Part shown: piece by piece, positions 48,423 to 58,651 of the stretch | Layout of the letters: each line of letters begins with the position of its first letter | Numbering within the stretch: the stretch's first letter is position 1 | Assembly (NCBI GenBank): GCA_033344795.1 | Contig: JAWPMS010000001.1 | Location: 4,488,966-4,552,965, forward strand | Direction: 5' to 3' | DNA from: Acidimicrobiia bacterium | Lineage (GTDB): Bacteria; Actinomycetota; Acidimicrobiia; Acidimicrobiales; SHLQ01 | DNA length: 64,000 nucleotides | The notes under the pieces: generated by a model | Databases searched by the model: none | Seen by the model: only the letters and a program-made list of their open reading frames with translations | Told to the model about the DNA's origin: nothing | Made by a program: the position numbers and the translations under genes

Positions 48423-48484
48423 GTGTCTCGCCAAAGAAAAGGGCTGGTGTCTCATTGCGGCCCACGTGTCTCAAATCGCGACAC
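48423..48484. promoter_or_regulatory. Three GTGTCTC half-sites, candidate activator binding array
   Basis: GTGTCTC at 48423, 48447, 48466; the last forms the imperfect palindrome GTGTCTCAAATCGCGACAC. Confidence 0.6.
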
Positions 48485-48585
48485 ATTCACGGCCAGAGCG
48501 GGGCGGAGAATTCCTGTAGTTCGATCAGGTCTCGTTCGGCGTTGGGAGCCGATGCATACGGCTTGCGATCGACGAGAGGGGTTCC

Positions 48586-49608
48586 ATGGTTCAGAACGCA
48601 ACAGTTGGCATCATCGCCAACCCCGCGTCGAGCCGCGACATTCGCCGTATCGTCGCCCGAGGACCAGCGACGACCACGAACGACAAGATCAACTCGTTGG
48701 CTCGGCTCATGGAAGGACTCGCAGCCACCGGTGTGCAACGCGTCCTCTCGATGAGCGACGCCGGGGGAATCGCTGCGGGCCTGGCCGCCATTGCGGCAAA
48801 GGCCACGGCATCGCACTGGCCCGAGCTCGACTTCGTCGATCAAGAGATCACCCACAGCCCCACCGACACGGTCAACGCTGCGCGTGCCATGCACGACTGC
48901 GACGTCGGCGCAATCGTCGTCCTCGGCGGCGATGGTACGAATCGTCTGCTCATCGGAGAGACGGGTGACATCCCGGTCGCCTCCGTATCGACCGGAACCA
49001 ACAACGCATTCCCACGCCATGACGAGCCGACCGTCGTCGGCTTCGCCGCGGGGTTCCTGGCGACCGGACAAGTCGAAGCCGCCACGTGCACGTATACGGC
49101 GAAGTCACTCACGGTCACCGCTGGCGCCGAATCGATGCGTGCGCTCGTCGACGTCGCGATCGTCGAGGGCGACCGCATCGCAAGCGGCGCCGTGTGGGAC
49201 GAGCGGAGCCTGCGCGAGGTATTCCTCTGTTTTGCCGAACCCGAAGCGGTGGGCCTCTCCTCGATCGGTGGTCACCTCCATCCGGTCTGCCGTCGCCAGC
49301 CACACGGCCTGCACATCAGACTTGACCAAGCGGCGCGCCAACGAGTCACCGTTCCGATCGCACCCGGGCTCGTACGCAAGCTCGGCATCTCGTCGCTGGC
49401 GACGCTCGAACCCCACACCGAAGTCGCGGTCGAGGCCGAATCCGGCGTCATCTCTGTCGACGGCGAGCGCTCGATGCGTTTCGCCCCCGACACACCGATC
49501 TCCGTGTCGCTCGGGCCGAACGGCCCGCTCGTACTCGACGTGCCACTTGCCATGTCCGAAGCCGCAAACACAACCACCACAACCAAAGGAGAAGACGCCC
49601 ATGGGTGA
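48586..49608 (+). CDS. acoX: AcoX-like ATP-NAD kinase family protein
   Basis: GIIANPASSRDIRR, LGGDGT, STGTNNAFP, VDGER. Confidence 0.85.
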   Translation: MVQNATVGIIANPASSRDIRRIVARGPATTTNDKINSLARLMEGLAATGVQRVLSMSDAGGIAAGLAAIAAKATASHWPELDFVDQEITHSPTDTVNAARAMHDCDVGAIVVLGGDGTNRLLIGETGDIPVASVSTGTNNAFPRHDEPTVVGFAAGFLATGQVEAATCTYTAKSLTVTAGAESMRALVDVAIVEGDRIASGAVWDERSLREVFLCFAEPEAVGLSSIGGHLHPVCRRQPHGLHIRLDQAARQRVTVPIAPGLVRKLGISSLATLEPHTEVAVEAESGVISVDGERSMRFAPDTPISVSLGPNGPLVLDVPLAMSEAANTTTTTKGEDAHG

Positions 49609-50575
49609 ACTCGACCGATTGGCCATGTACCGGCAGATGGTTCGCATCCGCCAGTACGAATCACGCATCATGCAGGAATACCACTCTGACAAGTCGCCGG
49701 CTTGGGACATCGGCGCTGGGTTGATCCCCGGCGAGATGCACCTGGCTGCCGGCCAAGAACCAGCTGCAGTCGGTGTATGTGCACATCTGAAGAAGGGGGA
49801 CGCGATCACCGCACCGCACAGGCCGCACCACTTCGCACTGGCACACGGTGTCGACATGAACGCTATGACCGCCGAGATCTATGGCCGCACTGGCGGACTG
49901 TGCAAGGGCAAGGGCGGACACATGCACCTGTTCGATCCCGAGAACCACTTCTCGTGCTCGGGCATCATCGCCCAGGGTCTGCCCGTCGCTTGCGGTCAGG
50001 CCATGGCGTTCCAGCGAAAAGGGACCGACAACGTCGCCATCGCAGTCACCGGCGAAGGCGCAGCAAACCAGGGCGCCTTCCACGAGTCGCTCAACCTCGC
50101 TGCGGTGTGGAACTTGCCGGTCATCTTCGTGATCGAAGACAACGACTGGGCCATCTCGGTTCCGAAAGACGCGTCAACCGCCGGGGCATCGAACGCCGAC
50201 CGCGCCGCGGGCTACGGCATGCCCGGCGTCCGCGTCGAAGACAACGACGTCGAAGCGGTCTTCGAAGCAGCGGGTGCGGCCATCGATCGCGCTCGAGCGG
50301 GCGACGGACCGAGCCTGATTGAGATCCACACCCTGCGACTCTTCGGCCACTTCGAGGGTGACGCTCAGGCGTACCGACCCGAGCTCGACACCGTGAACGA
50401 CCGGGACCCGATCCCGAAGTACGCCGCAAGCCTTCAAGAGCTCGGGGAGCTCTCCAACGACCAGATTGCCTCGATCCAGGCCGAGGCCGATGCCGAAGTC
50501 GACGCCGCGATCGAGTTCGCGAAGTCTAGCCCAGAACCTGCCCCCGAAGACGCGCTGTTGCACGTCTTCGCCTAA
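49601..50575 (+). CDS. acoA: TPP-dependent dehydrogenase E1 alpha (acetoin dehydrogenase-like)
   Basis: HLAAGQE, GKGGHMH, GEGAANQG..N, GHFEGD. Confidence 0.88.
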   Translation: MGELDRLAMYRQMVRIRQYESRIMQEYHSDKSPAWDIGAGLIPGEMHLAAGQEPAAVGVCAHLKKGDAITAPHRPHHFALAHGVDMNAMTAEIYGRTGGLCKGKGGHMHLFDPENHFSCSGIIAQGLPVACGQAMAFQRKGTDNVAIAVTGEGAANQGAFHESLNLAAVWNLPVIFVIEDNDWAISVPKDASTAGASNADRAAGYGMPGVRVEDNDVEAVFEAAGAAIDRARAGDGPSLIEIHTLRLFGHFEGDAQAYRPELDTVNDRDPIPKYAASLQELGELSNDQIASIQAEADAEVDAAIEFAKSSPEPAPEDALLHVFA

Positions 50576-50597
50576 CCGGAACGAAGAGGAGAACGTG

Positions 50598-51617
50598 ATG
50601 AGTACAACAACTGAGGCCCGTCGAATCACGACGGCAAAGGCAATGGCTGAGGGAATCGGGCTGGAGATGCGGCGCGACCCGAACGTCTTCGTGATGGGCG
50701 AAGACGTCGGTGCCTACGGCGGGATCTTCGGATCAACCACTGACTTGTTCGGCGAATTCGGCGCCGAACGAGTAATCGATACACCGATCTCGGAGACCGG
50801 CTTCATCGGTGCGGGCATCGGTGCGGCCGTGGAAGGGCTTCGACCGGTCGTCGAGCTGATGTTCGTCGACTTCTACGGCGTGTGCATGGACCAGATCTCG
50901 AACCACATGGCCAAAATTCACTACGAGTCCGGCGGAAACGTCAAGGTACCGATGGTGCTGATGACCGCCACCGGAGGGGGATATTCCGATGCGGCCCAGC
51001 ACAGCCAGTGCCTCTGGGGCACCTTCGCCCACCTTCCCGGCATGAAGGTGGTCGTTCCGTCGAACCCGTATGACGCAAAGGGATTGATGATCTCTGCCAT
51101 TCAGGACGACAACCCGGTCATGTACATGTTCCACAAGGGTGGGCAGGGACTGGTGTGGATGGAGAAGAATCCGCGGTCGATCGGCGACGTGCCCGAGGAG
51201 TCCTATACCGTGCCGATTGGCAAGGCAGCCATCGCCAAGGAAGGCAGCGACGTCACGATCGTGACACTGTCGCTGTCGGTCCAACACAGCCTCGATGTTG
51301 CAGAAGAGCTCGAAGGTGAGGGCATTAGCGTCGAGGTCGTCGATCTTCGTTCGCTCGTTCCGCTCGACACCGAGACCGTCCTCGAATCCGTCGGCAAGAC
51401 CGGCCGCGTGCTCGTCGTTGACGAGGATTACAAGAGCTTCGGCCTCACCGGTGAGATCGCCGCCGTGATCGCGGAGAACGACCCCGGCCTGCTCACGAAG
51501 CCGTTTAGCCGCCTGGCCGTTCCCGATGTGCCGATTCCCTACGCTCGCCCACTCGAATACGGCATCTTGCCCACCCGAGACAAAATCAAGGCCGCCGTGA
51601 AGGACCTGATGTCGTGA
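50598..51617 (+). CDS. acoB: TPP-dependent dehydrogenase E1 beta
   Basis: MGEDVG, DTPISE, ELMFVDF, AQHSQ, DLRSLVPLD. Confidence 0.88.
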   Translation: MSTTTEARRITTAKAMAEGIGLEMRRDPNVFVMGEDVGAYGGIFGSTTDLFGEFGAERVIDTPISETGFIGAGIGAAVEGLRPVVELMFVDFYGVCMDQISNHMAKIHYESGGNVKVPMVLMTATGGGYSDAAQHSQCLWGTFAHLPGMKVVVPSNPYDAKGLMISAIQDDNPVMYMFHKGGQGLVWMEKNPRSIGDVPEESYTVPIGKAAIAKEGSDVTIVTLSLSVQHSLDVAEELEGEGISVEVVDLRSLVPLDTETVLESVGKTGRVLVVDEDYKSFGLTGEIAAVIAENDPGLLTKPFSRLAVPDVPIPYARPLEYGILPTRDKIKAAVKDLMS

Positions 51618-51853
51618 TCACCCAGGTTCCGTTCCCAGCGATGTCGGAGGAAGACCCGACCGGCGAGGGCGTGGTCGGCACCTGGTTCGTGAACCACGGC
51701 GAGCCGGTCACCATCGGTCAAGTGATCGCCGAGGTGCAGTTCGAAAAGGTCTCGCAAGACGTCGAAGCACCGGTCGCAGGGATTATGTACCAGCTCGTCG
51801 CCGAGAGCGTCGGCATCGCCCAAGGGCAGCCCATTGCCCGAATCGACAGTTGA
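51614..51853 (+). CDS. Stand-alone lipoyl-carrier domain protein
   Basis: 79 aa; EVQFEKVSQDVEAPVAG. Confidence 0.85.
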   Translation: MITQVPFPAMSEEDPTGEGVVGTWFVNHGEPVTIGQVIAEVQFEKVSQDVEAPVAGIMYQLVAESVGIAQGQPIARIDS

Positions 51854-51871
51854 ACAAGAAGGAGAAAAATT

Positions 51872-52174
51872 GTGACGTACTACTCAGTATTGGAAGTGAC
51901 ACCCACCGACGACGCCTGGATTCCCGGGTATCTCGAGCCGGTAGGAAAGATCATCGCTGGCCATGGCGGTAAGTATCTCGCCCGAACTCAGACGCATGAG
52001 CGGGTCGAAGGCGAGGGGCCAGACGTAGGCCTGCGGGTGATCCTCGAATGGCCGTCGAAAGAGGCTGCGCTCGCGTTCGTCAACGACCCGGAATACGCGC
52101 CGTTTCTCGCGGCACGCCATGCCGGGTCCGAGAGCCACCACGTGATCATCGCTGGCCAGGACGACTTCGGATAG
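51872..52174 (+). CDS. DUF1330 protein
   Basis: HGGKYLAR, ILEWPS..A..F..PEY; AAGGAG RBS. Confidence 0.85.
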   Translation: MTYYSVLEVTPTDDAWIPGYLEPVGKIIAGHGGKYLARTQTHERVEGEGPDVGLRVILEWPSKEAALAFVNDPEYAPFLAARHAGSESHHVIIAGQDDFG

Positions 52175-52236
52175 AACGACCAATCTGCTGGCTGCTCGAG
52201 TTGGGCGCCCGGTGTCGCACGTAACCTGAGGTCACT

Positions 52237-52977
52237 ATGTACGACCCGGTCAAAGATGCAGTCGACAAGTCGGTGCAAGCGGTCACCTACACCGAGGTGG
52301 CCGCCCCCGACTCGCTCGCCGAGCTCGTGCATTGCTTCTGGGAGATGAAGACCGAGACCGAGCTCGACGACGACTTCGTCCTTCACGCGCTGCCCGACGC
52401 GTGTGTCAACGTGCTGCTCGACCAGCACGACACGCGCATCGCCGGAGTGACCGCCCTCCACACCACGCACACCACCCTCAACCTCGGGCGTTCGTTTCAC
52501 TACGTCGGGGTGCAGTTCTACCCCGGCGTGTGGCGTGGAGCGCCAGAGGGAACGGTCGATCACTATGTGGGCGAGCCGTACGACGGCGCACTTCCGCTGG
52601 TCGAAACGAGTCGGGCGATCGTCAAACTCGACCTCGATGAGAAGGCGCCGATCCTCTCGCAATTCGTCGACGAACTACGATCCGACGGCGTCGTCGCCGC
52701 AAACCCCGTGACCGCGGCCATCCTGCGCAACATCGGCGACATCCTCAGCGTGGCGGACATGGCCAACGTCGCCGGACTCTCGCCACGGCATCTCCAGCGA
52801 AAGCTCAAGGCCACCACTGGCTTCTCACCGCACGATCTGTTGAAGGTGCTTCGCCTCCAACACTCGTTCCGCCAGGACTACCTGCTGGCGTTCGCAGACC
52901 AGTCACACTTCATCCATTCGTTCCGAGACATCACCGGCTACACGCCCGCGCAATTCCAAAAAATCTTCGATGTCTGA
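52237..52977 (+). CDS. AraC-family regulator (DUF6597-like N-terminus)
   Basis: LPDAC, SPRHLQR, FADQSHF. Confidence 0.85.
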   Translation: MYDPVKDAVDKSVQAVTYTEVAAPDSLAELVHCFWEMKTETELDDDFVLHALPDACVNVLLDQHDTRIAGVTALHTTHTTLNLGRSFHYVGVQFYPGVWRGAPEGTVDHYVGEPYDGALPLVETSRAIVKLDLDEKAPILSQFVDELRSDGVVAANPVTAAILRNIGDILSVADMANVAGLSPRHLQRKLKATTGFSPHDLLKVLRLQHSFRQDYLLAFADQSHFIHSFRDITGYTPAQFQKIFDV

Positions 52978-53065
52978 TATCTACAATCCCTGCTGAGCGA
53001 CCTCTGGTTGAGTTCTCTTTGAAGGCAAGTGGCCTTCGCAACAACCCAATGAAGGAACGACACTC

Positions 53066-53440
53066 ATGCGCAAAGTTGGATGGTTCGATATCTACGTGGA
53101 CGACATGGATCGGGCACAAACGTTCTACGAATCGGTCCTGCAGACCACGCTCGCACCGATGGGAGATCCCAACGATCCGAGCGTGCAGATGCGAGCGTTC
53201 GAAGACGACTTCGCCAGCCACGGCGCCGGTGGTGCACTGGTGAAGCTCGAGTATGCGTCACCCGGCGTGGGCGGGTCGATGGTGTACTTCTCGTGCGACG
53301 ACTGCGAGGTCGAGCAAGGCCGAGTCGAAGCCGCCGGAGGCTCGATCACGCGGCCAAAGTTTCAAATTGGCGAACATGGATTCGTCTCGCTCTTCGTCGA
53401 TACCGAAGGCAACATGGTGGGCTTGCACTCGATGCAGTGA
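53066..53440 (+). CDS. VOC/glyoxalase family protein
   Basis: [19 protein letters not shown]. Confidence 0.9.
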   Translation: MRKVGWFDIYVDDMDRAQTFYESVLQTTLAPMGDPNDPSVQMRAFEDDFASHGAGGALVKLEYASPGVGGSMVYFSCDDCEVEQGRVEAAGGSITRPKFQIGEHGFVSLFVDTEGNMVGLHSMQ

Positions 53441-53450
53441 CGAGGACGCC

Positions 53451-53472
53451 TGTCACAACGGTGAGCTAACGT
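53451..53472 (+). promoter_or_regulatory. PafBC/RecA-NDp-like promoter
   Basis: TGTCAC-aacggtgagc-TAACGT. Confidence 0.55.
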
Positions 53473-53507
53473 TTCGTGAAACACCTCGACGAGCTACGGA
53501 GGACCCG

Positions 53508-53879
53508 ATGACCGCCACGAAGCCCAAACATCGTGTCTATGCGATCGCCTTCGGTGAGGTGTATCCCCACTACCTCGCCAAGGCGGAGAAACACGGGCGC
53601 ACGAAGCGCGAGCTCGACCAGATCATCCGCTGGCTCACCGGCTACTCCCAGCGACAGGTCATGGCCCATGTCCGCAAAGGCACCGACTTCGAAACCTTCT
53701 TCGGCAACGCACCCGAGCTGCACCCCAACCGAACACAAATCACGGGGGTTGTCTGCGGCGTGCGGGTCGAAGAGGTCGAGGAGCCACTGATGCGAGAGAT
53801 CCGCTACCTCGACAAGCTCGTCCTCGAGCTCTCGACGGGCAAGGCGATGGAGAAGATTCTCCGCACCCCGCCGACCTAG
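53508..53879 (+). CDS. DUF2200 protein
   Basis: [31 protein letters not shown]. Confidence 0.88.
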   Translation: MTATKPKHRVYAIAFGEVYPHYLAKAEKHGRTKRELDQIIRWLTGYSQRQVMAHVRKGTDFETFFGNAPELHPNRTQITGVVCGVRVEEVEEPLMREIRYLDKLVLELSTGKAMEKILRTPPT

Positions 53880-53888
53880 AGACGTCGT

Positions 53889-54161
53889 GTGACAACTCGG
53901 GCCCACATCATCGTGACCGGACGCGTGCAAGGGGTGGGTTTTCGAGCGTCCTGCGCCCGTGAGGCAAGTCGGCTGGGCGTCGCGGGGTTCGTTCGCAACC
54001 AGATCGACGGAACGGTTGAAGTGGTCGCCGAAGGCGACGACGCAGCGGTCGAGGCGCTGACCCAGTGGTGTCGAGTCGGGCCGACGTTCTCTCACGTGGT
54101 CACCATCGATGTATCTACCCAAGTCCCAACCGGGGAGACCGCGTTCCATATCGCCGGATGA
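53889..54161 (+). CDS. acyP: Acylphosphatase
   Basis: GRVQGVGFR, GFVRN..DGTVE. Confidence 0.93.
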   Translation: MTTRAHIIVTGRVQGVGFRASCAREASRLGVAGFVRNQIDGTVEVVAEGDDAAVEALTQWCRVGPTFSHVVTIDVSTQVPTGETAFHIAG

Positions 54162-54193
54162 GCTTTTCGGGCGAGCAGCATGCTTCCCTCCCG

Positions 54194-54529
54194 CTATTCC
54201 GCAGGACCGGCCCGAGCCGACCAGCGGTCGAGGATCATCGGCGCGAGACGGCCCCACGCCTGCGACAGCGTGGCCCCACCCACGCCCACGATCGCGACGA
54301 AAACAAGCACGGCTGCAACGACACCGAACAGCACAGCGAATCCGCCTTGCACGATGGCCGCCAACACCGCAAGCATCGGGTGGAGATCCGACTCGCCATC
54401 TGGAATGAACCGCTCATAGAAGTACGACAGCACCTGGCCAGCTGCGACATACCCGGCAAGCACGGAGATTCCGTACGCAACGACGTGGCCGGCGCGCAGG
54501 AAAGCGCCATGCCAGAACGATTTCGTCAC
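54194..54529 (-). CDS. Small hypothetical membrane protein
   Basis: Two hydrophobic segments; co-oriented with the upstream gene. Confidence 0.45.
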   Translation of the reverse strand: MTKSFWHGAFLRAGHVVAYGISVLAGYVAAGQVLSYFYERFIPDGESDLHPMLAVLAAIVQGGFAVLFGVVAAVLVFVAIVGVGGATLSQAWGRLAPMILDRWSARAGPAE

Positions 54530-54559
54530 GACGCCAGTTTGTCAGATGGCCGGTTCGCT

Positions 54560-55045
54560 CTACGGCTTGTCTCGACCTACGAAGCGATCGTCGCCGACGA
54601 GGAAGCGGATCGCTCGCTCGACGTTGCGGTCGACCGCGGCCTCAGTCTTCAAGCTCGAGATGTATCGAATGATCTCCTTCTGCCTCGATGGGGTGAGTCC
54701 GGCGAACACCTCACTCGCCTGCGCGTTGTCCCGCAATGCGGCGGCGAACTTGGGAGGCGTCTCGATCGTGCGATCGCTCGGGTCGTAGGCGACCTCAACG
54801 TCGAGTGCCTCGCCAATACGGCGCGGAGAATCGTGCAACATCTGCATGTTCACGTAGAGGCGCCAGGCACCACGGAATCTGACGAGAGTCTGCTGGTAGG
54901 GCTGACCGTTGATCGATCCCCGAATCGGAATCGGACCCTTCTCGCGTCCTGCTACCTCGAACACATCCTCAAGCACTGTTTCGGGCACATCCACATACGG
55001 GTTGCCATCGATGATGTGCAGCTCAGCGCGAAAGCTCACGGTCAT
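54560..55045 (-). CDS. DUF1905 / YdeI-OmdA family protein
   Basis: PYVDVP, IPIRGSING, LTPSRQKEI..LKT. Confidence 0.82.
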   Translation of the reverse strand: MTVSFRAELHIIDGNPYVDVPETVLEDVFEVAGREKGPIPIRGSINGQPYQQTLVRFRGAWRLYVNMQMLHDSPRRIGEALDVEVAYDPSDRTIETPPKFAAALRDNAQASEVFAGLTPSRQKEIIRYISSLKTEAAVDRNVERAIRFLVGDDRFVGRDKP

Positions 55046-55143
55046 TTCGGGGCGGGATTGCTTTGCTCATCGTTCCGACCCACTCATGTTCCAGACATTA
55101 CTTCTCCCGGTTTACCGTCGGTGACGCGACTACCGTCGATGCC

Positions 55144-57720
55144 GTGCCGCGATTGCTGGAACGAGAGGACGCGTTAACGACAGCCGAGGGTGCGCTCGCC
55201 GCTGCCGCAGGCGGAAATGGGCAGGTCGTTCTGATCTCCGGCGAAGCGGGAATCGGCAAGACGAGCTGCGTACGAGAGCTGCTCGACCGCCATGAGCGAG
55301 ACGCACGATTCTTCCTCGGAGGCTGCGACGAGCTCGGTACGCCTCGTCCGTATGGGCCACTGTTCGATCTTGTTCGCCATGGAGCGAACGCGCTTGGCGA
55401 CGCGCTCGACGCTGGCGGAGACATAGGCACGGTTCTCGAGGCCTTACTCGACGATCTGACGTCGGCCACCACTCCGGCGGTCGTGCTCGTGGAAGATGTG
55501 CATTGGATCGACAGCGCCTCGCTCGATGTGCTCACGATGCTCAGCCGTCGCATCACCGACCTCCCCGCCACCCTCGTGCTCACCTACCGCGAACTCGAGC
55601 GAAGCCACATCGCGTTCGGCCTGTTGGGATCCGCACCGCCCGGACGGACGCAACGAATCAAACTGTCGCCCCTCAGCCCGACCGCCGTCGCTGAGCTCGC
55701 GGGCCGATCGATCGACGAGCACAGCGACCTGTACGAAGCCACCGGCGGGAACCCCTTCTACGTGTCCGAGCTGCTCGCTGCGCGCGGCGAAGGCGTGCCG
55801 GCAACCATTTCAGACGCCGTGCTCGCCCGAACGTCAGGCCTCGACGCCGAAACACGAAATCTGCTCGATCTGCTCTCGGTCATCCCGGGTCGCATGACCC
55901 ACGACTTCCTCGACGAGCTCGATCCGACCTGGACCCAACATGCCGAGTCAGCCGCCGAGCACGGTCTTCTCGACGTCGCCGACCAAGTGACGTTTCGGCA
56001 TGCGTTGACCCGCAAGGCGATCGAACAATCGCTGTCGGCAATTCAACGTCGTCGACTCAATCGGCAGGTGCTCGAGGTGCTCGTCGAGCGGGATGCTCCC
56101 CTCGCCGAGATGGTTCACCACGCGCATGCGGCGGGAGCGGCGAACGACGTCGTTCAATACGCGCCGGCAGCAGCGAGGGAGGCCGTGGCCGCCACCGCAC
56201 ATCGCCAGGCAATCTCACACTTCCTACTGGCGTTGGCGCACGAGGATCGTTACAGCCTTGAAGAACGAGCAGATCTGCACGACGAGCTCTCACGCGAATA
56301 CTGGTTTGCGGGCGAACAAGTGTCTGCACTGTCGGAGGCGCAAACCGCGATCTCGCTGTGCGAGGAAGCCGACGACCACGTGCGACTGGGCAGGGTCCTG
56401 CGTTCCGCCGCAAATCTCAGCGAGTGGAACGGTGACTTCGACGGTTACCGAACGCTGCGCGCCCGAGCGGTCGAAGTGCTCGAACCTCTCGGGCCGAGTG
56501 CAGACCTTGCGATGTTGTACGGCGATCTGACGATCGATCAGGCCTTCCGGCTGCAGATCGACTCTGCCGAAGCGCTCGCGGCACGGGCCATCGAGGTCGC
56601 GGACGCTGTGGGTGATGCCGACGCCCGGGCGATCGCGTACGTGTCAGCTGCGTACCCCGCGCATTGGGCGCGCAACGATGAGACCCTCTGGCGCACCGCG
56701 ATCGAAGCTGGAGCCGCATCGCTCGAGGCGACCGTCGTCGCCTTTGCGAACCGGGCCTTCTGCTCCCTCGAATGGATGCAGGACGAATCGGCTGCCTCTC
56801 AGATCGAAGAGGCCATGCACATCACCGAGAAACACGAGGCCAGCGCGGCGGCGGCGTTCGTGCGTGTTTATCGCGCGCGGCTTTCGCTCAAGCAGGGCGA
56901 GTGGTCTGCGGCCGACGCTGACCTCGCCGCTTGCCGTTCGTTGGTCGACGTCGAGACGACAGGTCCGCTCCTCGTTACCGAATACAACTATGTCGCGGGA
57001 CGCTTGGCCGCACGTCGAGGCGACCTCGACGCAACCGAGCTCCTCAACGCCGGATGGCACGCGATCAAGCCGCTCGATCAGGTGGCGCGGTTCATCCAGC
57101 TCGCGGTGGCGCAGGCGGAGCTCGGCGAGCTCTCGGGTGACGTGACCCGCGCGATAGGACATCTCGAAGACTGCACCCCTGTCCTTGCTGACCCGACGTG
57201 GCCGTGGAGTGCTGAGGTTGCGTACTGGCTGTGGCGTGCCGGGGCATGGAATCGGCCCGTACCGCCGACCGACCATCCTCGTCATCTGGCGATGCGAGGC
57301 GAGTGGATTGCGTCGGCCGAACAGTGGGGGCAGCACAACCGCCCCTACGAACGAGCCGAGGCACTCATCCACTCAGGCGACGTGGCGCGCAGACTCGAGG
57401 GGTTGGCGATCCTCGACGCCCTTGGTGCGGTGCCACTGGCGTCTGCGACGAGGAAAGCGCTGCGCGAAGACGGTGTCGAGCGAGTGCCGCGAGGTCCCAA
57501 CCGGGCCACACGCGACAATCTGGCAGGCCTCACGGCCCGCCAGATCGACGTACTCGCGCTCGTCGGCGAAGGATTGACCAACGCCGAGATTGCCGAGCGA
57601 CTCTTTGTCTCGGTTCGAACCGTCGACACGCACGTTGGTGCAATTCTTCAGCGCCTCGGCGCCGAGACCCGCCGTGACGCTACGCGACAGGCTCGGGAGC
57701 TCGGGATCCTCGAGACGTGA
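55144..57720 (+). CDS. LuxR-family regulator with N-terminal ATPase (MalT/LAL-like)
   Basis: GEAGIGKT, VEDVHW, TGGNPF, FRHAL; LTARQ..GLTNAEIA..RTVDTHV; start uncertain. Confidence 0.92.
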   Translation: MPRLLEREDALTTAEGALAAAAGGNGQVVLISGEAGIGKTSCVRELLDRHERDARFFLGGCDELGTPRPYGPLFDLVRHGANALGDALDAGGDIGTVLEALLDDLTSATTPAVVLVEDVHWIDSASLDVLTMLSRRITDLPATLVLTYRELERSHIAFGLLGSAPPGRTQRIKLSPLSPTAVAELAGRSIDEHSDLYEATGGNPFYVSELLAARGEGVPATISDAVLARTSGLDAETRNLLDLLSVIPGRMTHDFLDELDPTWTQHAESAAEHGLLDVADQVTFRHALTRKAIEQSLSAIQRRRLNRQVLEVLVERDAPLAEMVHHAHAAGAANDVVQYAPAAAREAVAATAHRQAISHFLLALAHEDRYSLEERADLHDELSREYWFAGEQVSALSEAQTAISLCEEADDHVRLGRVLRSAANLSEWNGDFDGYRTLRARAVEVLEPLGPSADLAMLYGDLTIDQAFRLQIDSAEALAARAIEVADAVGDADARAIAYVSAAYPAHWARNDETLWRTAIEAGAASLEATVVAFANRAFCSLEWMQDESAASQIEEAMHITEKHEASAAAAFVRVYRARLSLKQGEWSAADADLAACRSLVDVETTGPLLVTEYNYVAGRLAARRGDLDATELLNAGWHAIKPLDQVARFIQLAVAQAELGELSGDVTRAIGHLEDCTPVLADPTWPWSAEVAYWLWRAGAWNRPVPPTDHPRHLAMRGEWIASAEQWGQHNRPYERAEALIHSGDVARRLEGLAILDALGAVPLASATRKALREDGVERVPRGPNRATRDNLAGLTARQIDVLALVGEGLTNAEIAERLFVSVRTVDTHVGAILQRLGAETRRDATRQARELGILET

Positions 57721-58651
57721 TCGCCGAGCCGATCGCATCGACGTGGCGATGATCGGTTCCGCAGCACCCACCCATCACCCGAAGGTTGGGCAGAAGTCGC
57801 TGGAGCTCGAGGTAACGCTGGCCAAGATCGACTGGATCTCCGTCATCGAGCTCGGTTGCCTCGTCGAGTTCGGCATGACTCGCCGTTGACGCGTTGGCCC
57901 GAACTGCACCAATCCGGCTTATCCAATCACCGCCCACCTCGAGCACTCCAGCGAAGTGTGTCGGGTGTGCGCAGTTGATCATGAAGTACACGGCTGCTGC
58001 GTTCGTCGCTCCATCGATGCGTTCGATCGCCTCCCCAAGCGGCGTGCCGTCAGGCAGCCGCCCGTCGGTCTCCACCGTGAGTCCAACGACGACAGGCATG
58101 TGCGCGGCGACCGCAGCAAGCACGATGCCGGTGGCCTCTTCGACGTTCGTGATGGTGAACGCCGTGACGAGATCCGCTTCGGTTTCTGCGAAGGTTCGGA
58201 TCTGCACGGCGTGATAGGCCTCGGCCTCCGACGTCGACATGATTTCGCCCGGGTCGTAGCCGTCACCACGAGGACCGACGACGCCGGAGATCACGATGGG
58301 CTTGTCACTCTCGGCCCGAGACCGCATCTCGGCGAGCTCGTCGACGGCCACACGATTCAAGCGGTCGAGCGCTGCGGCATCGTGACCGAGCACCGTTCCC
58401 CAATCGGCGTTGGCCCGCCACGTTGCCGTCTCGAGCACGAATCCGGTGCCGTGGTCAGCGGCGCTCGCCAGATAGGGGGCGAAATAGTTGGCGATGGCCT
58501 CGCGTCCCTCCGCGCTTTCGAGCAGAACGTACGACGCGAAGTGTGGGAGGTCGAGTCCGTCGTGGAAGATCATCGTCGTCTCCATGCCTCCGTCGGTGAG
58601 ATAGAGGTCGGTTCCCTCGAGCTGGGGAAGGTTGTCTCGGTACTGAGCCAT
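57680..58651 (-). CDS. Homocysteine S-methyltransferase family protein
   Basis: TDGGMET, GPRGDGY, INCAHP, GGCCG; GAAAGGA RBS. Confidence 0.92.
   Translation of the reverse strand: MAQYRDNLPQLEGTDLYLTDGGMETTMIFHDGLDLPHFASYVLLESAEGREAIANYFAPYLASAADHGTGFVLETATWRANADWGTVLGHDAAALDRLNRVAVDELAEMRSRAESDKPIVISGVVGPRGDGYDPGEIMSTSEAEAYHAVQIRTFAETEADLVTAFTITNVEEATGIVLAAVAAHMPVVVGLTVETDGRLPDGTPLGEAIERIDGATNAAAVYFMINCAHPTHFAGVLEVGGDWISRIGAVRANASTASHAELDEATELDDGDPVDLGQRYLELQRLLPNLRVMGGCCGTDHRHVDAIGSAITSRGSRAPEPVA

Noticed and set aside
48791-49600. N-terminal extension making a 594-aa E1 alpha
   Set aside because: Overlaps acoX out of frame; AAAGGAG RBS supports ATG 49601.
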